Shown here piece by piece: positions 8,289 through 19,100 of a stretch of 64,000 bases of DNA. The stretch spans positions 1,454 to 65,453 of the forward strand of contig SVUA01000002.1 in NCBI GenBank assembly GCA_015063485.1, written 5' to 3'. Source of the stretch: Oscillospiraceae bacterium. Its GTDB lineage: Bacteria; Bacillota; Clostridia; Oscillospirales; CAG-272. Numbering within the stretch: the first letter of the stretch is position 1; every line of letters begins with the position of its first letter. The notes under the pieces are model-generated. The model saw nothing but the letters and a program-made list of their open reading frames with translations, was not told where the DNA came from and did no database searches. The translations under genes were made by a program, and so were the position numbers.

Positions 8289-11200
8289 TCAAGCATTAGT
8301 GGACTTAATAACTATGTAGCCATAAGCCTCAAGTGTGTAAGTGATTCCGTTATCAGCAGTTACGGTTACTGCGTAGTTGTTGAAGTTAAGGATAAACGCC
8401 GTAACACTTGCGTTTTCGGAGTTTACGTATTCCATGTAAACGATCTTGTTTGTATCAGATGCGTACTTGTTATACGCCTCTTCCATCTTATCAGCAGCAA
8501 CGCCTTCATCCTTTTTATTATCTTCCTCAGCAACGTATTCGTAATCCTTGAAACCGTTTATTTCCGCAGGAGCTTCGGTTGCCTCGCCCTTATTAGCATC
8601 AGCATAGAGAGCGAATGCGTCCTTTGCGATCTCTACGATTGAATATTCTGCGGAGTTCGCAGCAACACCGTTACCGGAAATAGTTTCGTAAGCGGTCTTG
8701 TTAGCATCGAGAATAGTCTTGAGCTCGTTTCTGATCTTTGCGGTGAAAGCATCTTCCTTCTCAAGAAGCGCGAGCCCTTCAACTGCCTTTTCATAATCTG
8801 CGATCAACGCACGAGCATCCGCTATCGAGGTATCTGCGAGCTTGTAAATACGGTTGAGAATATCCTCTTGAGAACCGTTGCTCTTTGCAGTTACAAGAGC
8901 AGCTTCTGCATCCTCTTTCTCTTTCTGAGTTGCGTTAGGATCAGCTAAAACAGCATCGTATGCCTTTTGCGCATTGATAAGAATTTCCAACTTAGCGTAC
9001 CACTCCGAAAGAGCTACATAGTTTTCCATGAGATTATAGGTAGATTCACCGTCATCTGGAAGCAATGCTTTACTTATTTCGGGAATACGCTCAAGAATGA
9101 GGATTCTTGCTTCGTGAAGCTGCTTACGAAGTTCTTCCTTCTTAGCCACGCTCAATTCAGCCTCATTCTTTATAGCTTCCTCAACTGCGTTCTTAAGGTC
9201 CTCTTCAAGCTCATCCGCATCGGGAATACGAGTTCCTTCAAGGAACTTATGAGTCTCGATGGTACTTGTCTGAAGATCCTTAAGCAGACCGTTAAGCTCA
9301 CTGTAAAGCGAAACAACGTCATTGAACCAAATATCATATCTTATAGAATAGTAGTGGCTGAGCAGGATATCATTCTTAAGGTTATCAGTATTCTGATAAG
9401 AAAGAATGAAGTTAAGACCCGCACCGCTTTCAAGTGCCTTAAGGAAAGCATATTCCATGTTTCCTTCCATGTTAATAGCAGTACCTGCGTACTCTACGTA
9501 ACCATGGAGAACGATCGCAAGGAAAGGAACTGCTGCAGAAGACTCTGCGAAACGGCTGGAGTCAAGTGCGATATCGGTTATGTAGTCAACGTACTTCCAC
9601 GTGAATACGTTACCGCCCGCGGTCATGACCTTGTTGTAATTCTCACGGATATACTGGAATGCGCGCTCCGTAAAGTCTCTCGAGTCGGAGCGGTTATAAG
9701 GCTCATCCTCGTCGAAGTCGGAGTTCAAGTAAGATCCGAGAGTAGATACCGAAATACCTATCGGGTTGTATTCAAGATACTTCTGCGTGAATTTCTCGTA
9801 GAAGTGGTTGAAGTATGCGGGTGAAAGTGCTAACTCATAATAGCTGATGTAAGTCTGCTTGGTAGCACTGTATTCACGCTTACTGGTATAACGGTCGTCG
9901 ATCGTCTTGACTGCGTGGTTCTTAAGGTTCACACCGTCGAAGAGCGTGTTTGTTTTAGTAAATGCGAAGTCAAAGTCCGGGAAGAGCTGGAAGCCCTTTT
10001 CTCTTGCGGCGGCAGTCAACGCCTCGAAATCCATTCCGCCTTCCTCAACTGCCTTTTCCCACTTGAGATTGTACGGAGCTCTCGGTTCGGTCAAGCCGCC
10101 CTTAGTATAACCCGTCATTATAAAGTTGATGTTGCTGATACCCTTTGCCGCGAACTCGTCGTACATCGTGTTGATATCTGCAAACGTCGTAAGAGGAGTC
10201 ATAACAGTAAAAGGTATGGACAAGAAGCGCTCGGTAGTTTCCATTGCGCCAAACGTCTCGATATAGAGCGGAATATCACTCTTTACGTCCTCGCTTGTCA
10301 GCTTGGTGAGCACTCCCTTCTTGACAAGGTAATCACGGTATGCCTTAGCCATTCCTACATAAGAGGTATCGTAAGTTCCCGTAAGTCCCTTCTCTGCCGC
10401 TACCTCGTCAGAGGTAAGCATAATATAACGAACCTTGTAGCTACCCGTATATTTTCTTGCGGATACGACTGTCCAGGTATCGTTCTGACCTACCGAAATA
10501 GCGTCTGCAACGTTATATGTATCGTTAGGTCTTGGCTTAACCGTCATTTTAACGGTATTGTAGTTATGAGGTATGATCGCATGATATGCCGACAGCTCCA
10601 TCAAAGCGTCGCCTTCTTCAACTATTGCAACGAAGCCGCGCTCTTTATGGTAAGTTTCTACAGGTACTTCTACCTTTTCTTCTTCCTCACCTTCAACCTC
10701 TTCGCCCTCATCTTCCTCAGGCGCTTCCTGCTTTACGATCAACTCTTCGTTCTCGTAAATACCGAATACGGGATAACGAATAGTCTCTTGGTGAGTTCCT
10801 GTGATATCGTGGTAAGCGTAGTCTACGCCGTAGATCTTACCCTGAACGTTTGTGGAGACTCCCAAAGCTGCGGTGTCCTCAAAATCGAAGAGCGTACCCG
10901 AGCCGTCCGGGAAGAATGTGTAACCCGAGTTGGGGTTTTCTCCTGCGCCCATGTAAGGCAGAATGTCTATGCTGTTAAGACGGTAAAGAGACTCGGAGAA
11001 ACGGATACCGTTTGCGGGAAGTCTTACCGATACGCCCATATCATCGAGCGTGTACTCAAGAGCCATCTTGAAGAGCGGAGGATTATCATCTTCACTTTCC
11101 CACTCAACCTTAAGATGGTCTTCATCAAGATCGTCATAGCTATAGTTAGGAGCATAAGTCTTTACGATCTGCTCAAGTCTTGCCTTTTCTGCGTTAGACG

Positions 11201-12014
11201 TTGTGGGGTCCAAAACGTAGATAGGCATCTTCTTGGTGATTGGGAAAGACTTTTGCATCTCTGCTATAATTGTCTGAACGGTCTCAGAACTGGGATCCTT
11301 AAGCAAATAGTAAGAATGGAATTTGTTTTCGAGGATAAACCTATCTGTTTTTGAGTATTCGCCGTCATCATTCGTAAGCATTTCCTTAATAGGATTAAAG
11401 AGCTTAGTTTCATAAGAGGTCTTTTCTATACGTTCGGGAACGAGGTACTTTGCCTGCTCACGTCCGATAGTATACTCTACACGAATACCATTTTTGATAT
11501 TCTTTACGATTATCTGTCCTCTTGAAGCTGCCCATTCATAGCTCCAATATTCCTCTTCCTCGTCAGTTGCAATGTTGGTAAAGTTTACCTTTAACTGAGA
11601 AAGAAGCTGAGATTTGATATCTTCGGTTGCATCCTTGTCTTTATAGACATCATAGGGATTGGAGAAAAGGATCTCGCCGCTAGCAATACACTCAACAGCA
11701 ACCTCTCCGCTATATGCGTCAACGTACAGACGGTAACCGTCCTTCTCAAGACGAAGGTCCATAAGAGCAAGCTTATCTTGAGGAGTTTCGACAATTACGT
11801 CGCCATCGGCAAACTCAATATACGTAGGAGTATCCTTAGTTTCATCCAACATAACGGGCTTTCCCGAAAAATACCAATACGTAGGCTTTGCAGACGTGGT
11901 GTTCTTGGTATAAACAGGACCTTGCGCTCCGTCATTTGCGCTTACCATCATGGTAAATGCGCCCAAAAGCATCAAAACAGCTAAGAGTGTCGATATTATT
12001 CTATTTTTTACCAT
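8289..12014 (-). CDS. 1241-aa secreted protein of unknown function (possibly DUF5696-like)
   Basis: Signal peptide MVKNRIISTLLAVLMLLGAFTMMVSA. The central region has segments such as FFPDGSGTLFDFED and IPLYIETFGAMETTERFLSIPF..NINFIMTGYTKGG..VPFLAIVLHGYVEYAG. There is a poly-acidic insert (EAPEEDEGEEVEGEEEEKVEVPVE) and a ~300-aa Ala/Glu/Lys-rich helical tail, then a short beta-rich C-terminus. The DUF5696 assignment is from memory only. Confidence 0.6.
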   Translation of the reverse strand: MVKNRIISTLLAVLMLLGAFTMMVSANDGAQGPVYTKNTTSAKPTYWYFSGKPVMLDETKDTPTYIEFADGDVIVETPQDKLALMDLRLEKDGYRLYVDAYSGEVAVECIASGEILFSNPYDVYKDKDATEDIKSQLLSQLKVNFTNIATDEEEEYWSYEWAASRGQIIVKNIKNGIRVEYTIGREQAKYLVPERIEKTSYETKLFNPIKEMLTNDDGEYSKTDRFILENKFHSYYLLKDPSSETVQTIIAEMQKSFPITKKMPIYVLDPTTSNAEKARLEQIVKTYAPNYSYDDLDEDHLKVEWESEDDNPPLFKMALEYTLDDMGVSVRLPANGIRFSESLYRLNSIDILPYMGAGENPNSGYTFFPDGSGTLFDFEDTAALGVSTNVQGKIYGVDYAYHDITGTHQETIRYPVFGIYENEELIVKQEAPEEDEGEEVEGEEEEKVEVPVETYHKERGFVAIVEEGDALMELSAYHAIIPHNYNTVKMTVKPRPNDTYNVADAISVGQNDTWTVVSARKYTGSYKVRYIMLTSDEVAAEKGLTGTYDTSYVGMAKAYRDYLVKKGVLTKLTSEDVKSDIPLYIETFGAMETTERFLSIPFTVMTPLTTFADINTMYDEFAAKGISNINFIMTGYTKGGLTEPRAPYNLKWEKAVEEGGMDFEALTAAAREKGFQLFPDFDFAFTKTNTLFDGVNLKNHAVKTIDDRYTSKREYSATKQTYISYYELALSPAYFNHFYEKFTQKYLEYNPIGISVSTLGSYLNSDFDEDEPYNRSDSRDFTERAFQYIRENYNKVMTAGGNVFTWKYVDYITDIALDSSRFAESSAAVPFLAIVLHGYVEYAGTAINMEGNMEYAFLKALESGAGLNFILSYQNTDNLKNDILLSHYYSIRYDIWFNDVVSLYSELNGLLKDLQTSTIETHKFLEGTRIPDADELEEDLKNAVEEAIKNEAELSVAKKEELRKQLHEARILILERIPEISKALLPDDGESTYNLMENYVALSEWYAKLEILINAQKAYDAVLADPNATQKEKEDAEAALVTAKSNGSQEDILNRIYKLADTSIADARALIADYEKAVEGLALLEKEDAFTAKIRNELKTILDANKTAYETISGNGVAANSAEYSIVEIAKDAFALYADANKGEATEAPAEINGFKDYEYVAEEDNKKDEGVAADKMEEAYNKYASDTNKIVYMEYVNSENASVTAFILNFNNYAVTVTADNGITYTLEAYGYIVIKSTNA

Positions 12015-12039
12015 AACAAATATACTTCCTCCTATCTGT

Positions 12040-14262
12040 TTACATTCGGAACTGAATTTCGGTAACGATATTAGTTACAAAGCTTACCAACTTTCCGAGC
12101 AACGTCGAGAAGAGGAGAGCGATGAACATAATAACTATCATACCGCCAAGCGTTCCAAGGGTAGTTCCTATACCCTTACCCATTGAGTAATCGTGTGTAA
12201 CCATCATTCCAAAGAACAACAGCATTCCCATCCAAATGAATCCGATGGTCGTGATAACCGAAAGGATATCAGCTTCCTTAGAAAGAAGGACATTAGATGC
12301 GATAGTTGTAGGAATAATGACCAAGGACAAAGGCATCAACGAATAAGTCGAAGCTATATAAATGTCCTTAAAGCTTCCTTCACCGTCAAACAACGTTGTC
12401 AAGCACCAGTTAGCGATCATCCAAAGTGCCAAAGGCACGCATACGCTAAGCACTACTGCAAAGAACGATGCATACGTCTGTCTCGGGTTAAGTATATAAC
12501 CGCGACCGATCGCCTGATAGTAGAAAGCAATTATAGTGATTCCGAGTATTGTTGTACCTGCGCGAACCGATCCACGCTTTTCATGCTTAAGGTCCCAATA
12601 TCCGTCGAACGGGTGGAACATAAGATGGAATACGTAAAGCAATTCCTGACCGTAGGTTCTCTTCTGTCCCGCTGTAGCAACGCGCTTGTTTACCTTCTTT
12701 GCATACTTGAGGAAGAAGGAACAGCCAAGGCAGATAGCAACTACGAAGATCGGGATAAGAATGATATACTTGGATATCCATTCCTTACGGATCTCCTGAT
12801 ATGCGTTAGAGTAGTTTTCGGTATCGTAAGCAGCCTGATAGTACTCTATAGCTTCTTCGTACTTACCGCTTCTGTAAAGAGCGTTACCGATTCCTATGTA
12901 TGCCGCGTCGAAGTTGGAGTTTCTCTTAAGGATCTCCATCCAGTCGTCGATCGCTTTGTCATACAAACGGTCGTTCTGGTTCTCTATAGCCTTGATAAGA
13001 ATGTTACCGTATTCAGTTCTCTGATACACAGTAAATGATTTCGCGGTCTGGTCGAGAAGCAACATATTGTCGCCCTGATATACGATTCCGGCAAGCTTTA
13101 CTATGTTACCGAGCTGTTTGCCGGTGTCACCGAACGCGAAGAGCAAGTTACCCTGCGTATCGTAAGTAAATACTTTGCTTCTCTTCTGGTCGATTATAGA
13201 CCAAGTTTCCTCAGGACCTACTGCTACGTCAACGACTTTTGATGCGCCGTAGATCTTGTCAGAAGGCTGATTTCTTGCATTATCAACTTCACCCGAAGGC
13301 GGATAGAATCCGTTTCGAGCCATGATCTCCGTACCTGCCGCGTTGAGCATCTTTACGGGAGCGTAGTCACCAGATTTGCTCTTGCTGCTGATAGCGGAAA
13401 GCATCTTGCCTGAATCTACCGAAGAAGTGGTAACGTATATAAATTCTCCTGCAAGAGCGATATTGTTAAATTCCTTCGAAACCAAAGCTTCGGAATTTGC
13501 CTTCTGCTCTTCTGTCTGGAACTTTCTCCAGATCTTATCCCAAGTGCTGATAGAAACCTTCTGTGCACCGATAAATCCGGTGAACTCTCCCGTATCGGTC
13601 ATAACGATGATACCCTGATATGTAGTCGAGGATACAACGTAAAGTCTGTCATACTTATCGACAGCTACCGCAACGGGCTTATAAACCGAACCTTCATCGA
13701 AAAGTTCGGATTCAGGCGCGGGAATAATACGCATGAAGTTACCGTCGTGGTCGAAAGTTACTATACGGTTATTGTTAGTATCGCAAACGAAGATCCTTCC
13801 GGGAACCGTTTCGGTACCTTCTACTCTGTCGGGAGTAATAAATACACCTTGGGGTTTTACAAGGCTATCCGGTACGCCCTGTTCGTTTACGAAGTTTTCG
13901 ATAATGAACTTAAGCTTATAGTAACGGTCCAATACTACGATACGGTTGTTATCCGTGTCAGCGATGTAAACGTTTTCATTAGCGTCTACTTCTATATCAG
14001 AGGGATTACCAAGCGCTACCGCTTTCTTTGCAAGGTCTGCGGAAGAAAGTCCGGGGTAGTGTTTCGCCATGATATTCTTATCGGTAAGTCCCATATAAGC
14101 CGAGTCGACATTCTTTGCGGGAGTATACGCGTCAGGCGAATACAGAGCCGTTCCCGAAATAGAATAGGTATAAGTCTGATACGGAGCAGATGCGCTGATC
14201 GGCAAAGCCATGATCATTACAAAAGCAAATATCAAAGCTATAATTGATGTTACTTTTTTCAT
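12040..14262 (-). CDS. signal peptide + NHL-repeat beta-propeller + TPR + C-terminal Yip1-like multi-TM domain protein
   Basis: Signal peptide MKKVTSIIALIFAFVMIMALPISASA. NHL-type motifs are NENVYIADTDNNRIVVLD and GRIFVCDTNNNRIVTFD. The TPR-like segment is IGIGNALYRSGKYEEAIEYYQAAYD. Five or six TM helices follow in the last ~230 aa, consistent with a Yip1-type architecture. Confidence 0.65.
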   Translation of the reverse strand: MKKVTSIIALIFAFVMIMALPISASAPYQTYTYSISGTALYSPDAYTPAKNVDSAYMGLTDKNIMAKHYPGLSSADLAKKAVALGNPSDIEVDANENVYIADTDNNRIVVLDRYYKLKFIIENFVNEQGVPDSLVKPQGVFITPDRVEGTETVPGRIFVCDTNNNRIVTFDHDGNFMRIIPAPESELFDEGSVYKPVAVAVDKYDRLYVVSSTTYQGIIVMTDTGEFTGFIGAQKVSISTWDKIWRKFQTEEQKANSEALVSKEFNNIALAGEFIYVTTSSVDSGKMLSAISSKSKSGDYAPVKMLNAAGTEIMARNGFYPPSGEVDNARNQPSDKIYGASKVVDVAVGPEETWSIIDQKRSKVFTYDTQGNLLFAFGDTGKQLGNIVKLAGIVYQGDNMLLLDQTAKSFTVYQRTEYGNILIKAIENQNDRLYDKAIDDWMEILKRNSNFDAAYIGIGNALYRSGKYEEAIEYYQAAYDTENYSNAYQEIRKEWISKYIILIPIFVVAICLGCSFFLKYAKKVNKRVATAGQKRTYGQELLYVFHLMFHPFDGYWDLKHEKRGSVRAGTTILGITIIAFYYQAIGRGYILNPRQTYASFFAVVLSVCVPLALWMIANWCLTTLFDGEGSFKDIYIASTYSLMPLSLVIIPTTIASNVLLSKEADILSVITTIGFIWMGMLLFFGMMVTHDYSMGKGIGTTLGTLGGMIVIMFIALLFSTLLGKLVSFVTNIVTEIQFRM

Positions 14263-14277
14263 CTTGTCCTCCTATTA

Positions 14278-15150
14278 TCAGTCCTTCATACCGGACGAAC
14301 CCATCGTTTCGATGATGTTCGACTGGGTAATAACGAATACCATGATCGGAACGAGCATCATTACGACGGTTGCCGCCGCAGACGCGCCCGCACGCTTGAT
14401 ACCGCCGGCAGTGATCTGCTGAATAGCGTAGTTGAGCGATTTGAGCTGCTCCGAGTGGATGTAGATAGACGCGCCTTTGTTCCAAAGATCCTGGAACGAG
14501 TACACGATAAGAGTCAACCAACCGGGCTTAACCATAGGCATCGCGATGATCCAGAAGGTACGAAGCTCTCCTGCACCGTCCAAACGCGAACTTTCAAGCA
14601 CTGCGTCGGTTACGTTGGTCTCCATGAACTGCTTCATCAAGTAAAGTCCGAGCGACGTACCCCATGCGGGAACGATGATAGCCCAATAGGTATCGATCAT
14701 ATTGAGTGCGCTCATAAGAATGAAGCTTGTTACTGCGGTAACGGTCGAGTGGAACATAAGAGATGTTCTTACCGCTTTGAACATCATCTTTCCGCCGGGA
14801 AACTTGATCTTTGCCATCGCATAAGCCGCGAGAGACGAGAAGAACAGGTTTCCTACAGTACCTGCGACAGATGTAAATACTGTGTTAAATACGTACCTTG
14901 AGAACGGAACAAGGTTTCCGCTCATCAAAGTAAACAGATCCTTAAAGTTTCTTCCTGTAGGCTGCATTACGTAGAAGCGAGGGGGGAACATCCAAAGCTC
15001 GTCAAGAGGCTTGAGAGACTGGATAACAACGTAATACATAGGGAGGAACATGAATGCTCCCAATATAACCAGAATGAAAGTAATTCCTGCGTCGCCGCCT
15101 CGGGATCGCGCGAGGACGACTTTATGCTTTCTTGTTCTTAACTTTGCCAT
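14278..15150 (-). CDS. carbohydrate ABC transporter permease (MalG-like), first pair
   Basis: Multi-TM protein with the EAA loop ESSRLDGAGELRTFWIIAMPMVKPG. Confidence 0.85.
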   Translation of the reverse strand: MAKLRTRKHKVVLARSRGGDAGITFILVILGAFMFLPMYYVVIQSLKPLDELWMFPPRFYVMQPTGRNFKDLFTLMSGNLVPFSRYVFNTVFTSVAGTVGNLFFSSLAAYAMAKIKFPGGKMMFKAVRTSLMFHSTVTAVTSFILMSALNMIDTYWAIIVPAWGTSLGLYLMKQFMETNVTDAVLESSRLDGAGELRTFWIIAMPMVKPGWLTLIVYSFQDLWNKGASIYIHSEQLKSLNYAIQQITAGGIKRAGASAAATVVMMLVPIMVFVITQSNIIETMGSSGMKD

Positions 15151-15151
15151 G

Positions 15152-16099
15152 TTACGATCCCACCTTTGACAGAACTTTCTTGATAAGCCCGTTAGCGCCT
15201 ATCATGACCACGAACAGTATAACTGCTATGGTTGAGGAATAACCGATCTCGAAACGCTGCGAACCGTAGTCCTCAAGATGATGGACTATGGTATGCGCCG
15301 CGTAGTCAACTGACGGGAAGCCGCAGAGCGCGGTAACGATTCCGCCGAAACCGAAAGACTGAGTAATGGACATGACCGCACCGAACATAAGCTGAGGCTT
15401 CATGTTAGGAAGCGTTATGTACCAAAGCTCTTGCCAACGGTTACGGATACCGTCAACGGCGCCGGCTTCGAACTGAGCCTTATCAATACCCTGAAGACCT
15501 GCGATAAACGAAAGGAACGTAGTACCGAGTGAGGTCCAAAGAGCAACGATTATACACAGTGGCATTACGTAGTCCGCATCCTGGAACCACGCAATTTCTT
15601 TACTTATAACACCGAGCTTCATAAGCCAAGCGTTTGCCCAACCGTAAGAGTCAGCTGAGAACAAAGTTGCCCATACGAGATATACCTGACCCGAAATGGA
15701 GGGCGCATAGAAGATAAGCGTTACGACCGCTCTGATCTTAGGCGAAAGCTCATTGATGAACCATGCGATCATCAATGCGAGAATATATGAACAAGGTCCT
15801 ACGATCACCGCGAAGATAAGTGTATTCTTTGCTGCGGTGAGGAAGATGTCGTCGTCAAGGAACAGGCGGATATAGTTGTCGAGCCAGACTATGTTCGGCA
15901 TCTCGAGCATGTTAAAGTCTGTAAAGCTCATTATAATTGAAAGCAATACGGGGAGGACGGTAAAGCAGGTGAATACCAGCATATAAGGTGCTACCATAAG
16001 ATACGCTACCTTATTGCGCTTCATCTCTTTCCATGTCCATTGCGCTTTAGTCATATCTTTACGCGCAACTGCTTTCTTTTCAGCCGTTTTTTGTGACAT
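15152..16099 (-). CDS. sugar ABC transporter permease (MalF-like), first pair
   Basis: Multi-TM protein with the EAA loop EAGAVDGIRNRWQELWYITLPNMKPQ. Confidence 0.85.
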   Translation of the reverse strand: MSQKTAEKKAVARKDMTKAQWTWKEMKRNKVAYLMVAPYMLVFTCFTVLPVLLSIIMSFTDFNMLEMPNIVWLDNYIRLFLDDDIFLTAAKNTLIFAVIVGPCSYILALMIAWFINELSPKIRAVVTLIFYAPSISGQVYLVWATLFSADSYGWANAWLMKLGVISKEIAWFQDADYVMPLCIIVALWTSLGTTFLSFIAGLQGIDKAQFEAGAVDGIRNRWQELWYITLPNMKPQLMFGAVMSITQSFGFGGIVTALCGFPSVDYAAHTIVHHLEDYGSQRFEIGYSSTIAVILFVVMIGANGLIKKVLSKVGS

Positions 16100-16133
16100 G
16101 AACTTTTGTCTCCTTCATAAGATTTTTTGCTGA

Positions 16134-19100
16134 TTATTTGTATGCTTCATAGGATTCAAGAGCGTTAGCAGCATCTCTGAGATACTGAACTGCCGACTTT
16201 CTCTCTCCATTTTGAGGCGTACCGAACAGGTCTGCATTCAACTCTTCAAGTGCATCTGCCATTGCGCGGATAGAAGCATAATCTTCGGTTTCATATCCTG
16301 AAATAAGCTTTAGAACGCTGTTTACTGCCTCATCATACGCACTGTTATAAGCAGAAGAGGTCTTGATCGCATTCAACGCCGTCTCTGCCTGAGCCATACG
16401 TTTTTCAGCAAGTGTCTGTCCGACATAGTCAAGCGTTTCGAGTCCGAACTCTGCACGCTTACGTGTGATTTCTTTATTAATTATATTAATGTAGCTCTGA
16501 AGCTCGGTTACGGGGTCTGCATTTTCGTTATACGCATCAAGGAATGCGAAGTTTGTATAACGTCCGATAATGTAAGAACCGGGGTAGTTAGGAATAGATG
16601 CAAGGCTGTTGAACTGTCTTTCAAGCTGGTCGTATTCCTCTGCGGTCCAAGGCAAACTCTCAAGAGCATCAAGATTTGCCGTAGCATGCTTTGCGGAGGG
16701 ACCCATGATAGCAACCATTTCGTTTGCGTAAGCTATCTGACATTCAGAGTCAACGTGCCACTTCATGAATTCCCATGAGCCGTTAACGTTATCGCAACCT
16801 ACTATCATAACGATAGCGGTCATCGTCGATACAGACTTGTTGTTCAAAACGCCTTCTTCATTATAATATCCGGGCATCGGGTAGAAGTTCCACAAACCTT
16901 CGATCTCGGTAGCGAATACCTTAAGCTGATTGTAGGTCGCGGTATAAGAAGGAGCGAATACGATAGGCATCTCACCCGTTCTGAAACGGTTTGCAAGGTC
17001 AAACTGGAAGGGGAAGGAATACATCGTGAACATATCGCACATGGTCTCGAAGGACTCAAGAGCAACGTTCGAATCGAGGTTTATTCTCATTCCGTTGTCA
17101 GCGAAGAGCTCACCGTCCTTCTGATAAAGGAATACTCGGTAGTCTTTCTGCATTCCTATCTGCATATTGTTAGCCTGAAGTACGGGGATCGCTTCCTTAA
17201 CGTCATCCCAAGTCTTAGGAATATCAATATTAAGGTCTGCAAGAATGTCCTCACGAACGAACATCATCGGGAAGGACTGTGTTTCAGGAAGTCCGTAATA
17301 ATGCATTTTATCTTCAGCATCTTCGATTCCCATAACTACCATCGCGGAGTCTGTAAAGTCAGCCGCGATATCGTCAAAGCCATTCATGTCTTCTATCGGG
17401 AGAAGCGCTCCACGAATAGCGTAGTTGATAACGTTATCCTCGCTAAGACCGATATATACGTCAGGTCCCATTTGCGAAAGGATAGAAGGAAGCAACGTTG
17501 CCGCAGCTACGAGCTTAAGGTTTACAGCAATGTTATTTCTGCTCGTAAACTGGTCGTTGATAAGTCCGCGGATAACCTGAGACTGATCTCGACCGTAAGC
17601 AAGCCATACCTCAACGGTATCATCGTCGGTTACTTCAGTCATAGCTCCCATACGGTTGTAGTTACGGAAGAAGGACTGCATAAAGCTTGCGATCTCGTGA
17701 ACGAGTGCTTTCCAGAAGCTTGCCTTAGCCTTGGGCAACGCTTCATTATCAGAAGGCTGGATCATAAGGTAATCAAGCGTCAAAGGCTGTGTCTTTGCGT
17801 CGCTGAGCCAAGTACCGAGCGAACCGATATATGTCTTGAGCTGTTCAAGGTTCTTTGCGATAGTTGAGTCGTCGGTATACATGGTGTCAAGCAAACGCGC
17901 TACCTTTTCAAGAGTTGCTGTCATCGAGCTCTTTATGTTAGCCGCATTAGCAAGTTCCTCTGCTACCGCATTAAGAGCGTTACGCTGGTCACGAAGGTCG
18001 ATGATCGTATCACCCATAACTCGCTTAAAGCCGTAGTCACGGTTTTCATCGGGTTTCGAACCGGTAAGCTTCAATATATTAAGATAGTCGGAGTTTATCG
18101 CGTCAAGAGATTCCTGAACTCTTCTTACGACATCTCCCATGTTGCCAAGAGAAACCTCAAGGCGAAGAGTGTATGTAACACCCTTTTCGAAATAGAACTC
18201 AAGCTGTTGCTCCTTTGCCTCCTGTGTTCCATCCTCATGCTTGACAACGGTTACACCTGTAAGGAAGTCGGACTGCCAATCGGAGCTGTAATCAAACTGA
18301 ACTCTGTTAGCCTCATCGTAAGGAACTCCGTTGTAATAGCCCTTAGCATCAGCGTTAAGTCCCTCGCTGTAAAGCGAAAGTATTCTCGAGGTATACATAC
18401 CGTCAAGCACCGCCTGTTTAAAGCGAGCCGCGATCTTGTACATACCGCTTTGATCTACCGAGAACTTGTATTCGATCCACTGACCGGGAGACTGCCACTT
18501 GTCACCGCCGACAGTGTTAAGGATCGCGAACTTCGTGGACGAAGGAGAGTTCATCGCACTAGTCGTATCGGATATAGGATAAATGGTCTGAGAAGACGCT
18601 GCCGAATAATATTCACCCTCTATCTTGATCTGACCCGCTCCCGCAGCATCGTTATACTGCTTTTTCCAAGTCTCATAAGAAGGAAGATCCACAGGAGTTA
18701 CCATATTTATATTGGAAATAACGATAGGCTCGTTTACAGATTCAAGCGAAACAGTAACAAGTCCCGTTTCATCGTGAGGTTTGAGAACAAGCTCAAACGG
18801 AGTCTGAAGGAATCCGTTTGAATCCTTAAACTCATAAGTCACCCACTCAGGAATGTCGTCAAGACCCGTACGGATCTCGTTAAGGTCAATATCCTTTATA
18901 AAGAAGCGCAACACCTGATCATTAACCACCGCAGAGTTAGCCACGGTCCACGTATCCGGAATAGTATAATTAATGTAGACTTTTCCGTCGCGATCCTCTC
19001 TTACGGGAGCAAATCCCGCAGCAACACCCGTTGCGATGAACTCGTCAACGTTTCCGTCCTTAGGCACTTCAAACGAAGCCTGAGGACGTCTGCTCTGCTC

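Noticed and set aside
9915-11354. A 479-aa plus-strand ORF inside the 1241-aa minus-strand gene. Similar ORFs lie at 8967-9824, 12193-13038, 13747-14247, 17301-17867 and 18207-18821.
   Set aside because: These are antisense shadow ORFs of long, well-supported genes. Their composition is Cys/Arg/Leu-rich junk, they have no RBS, and they show no domain-like motifs.
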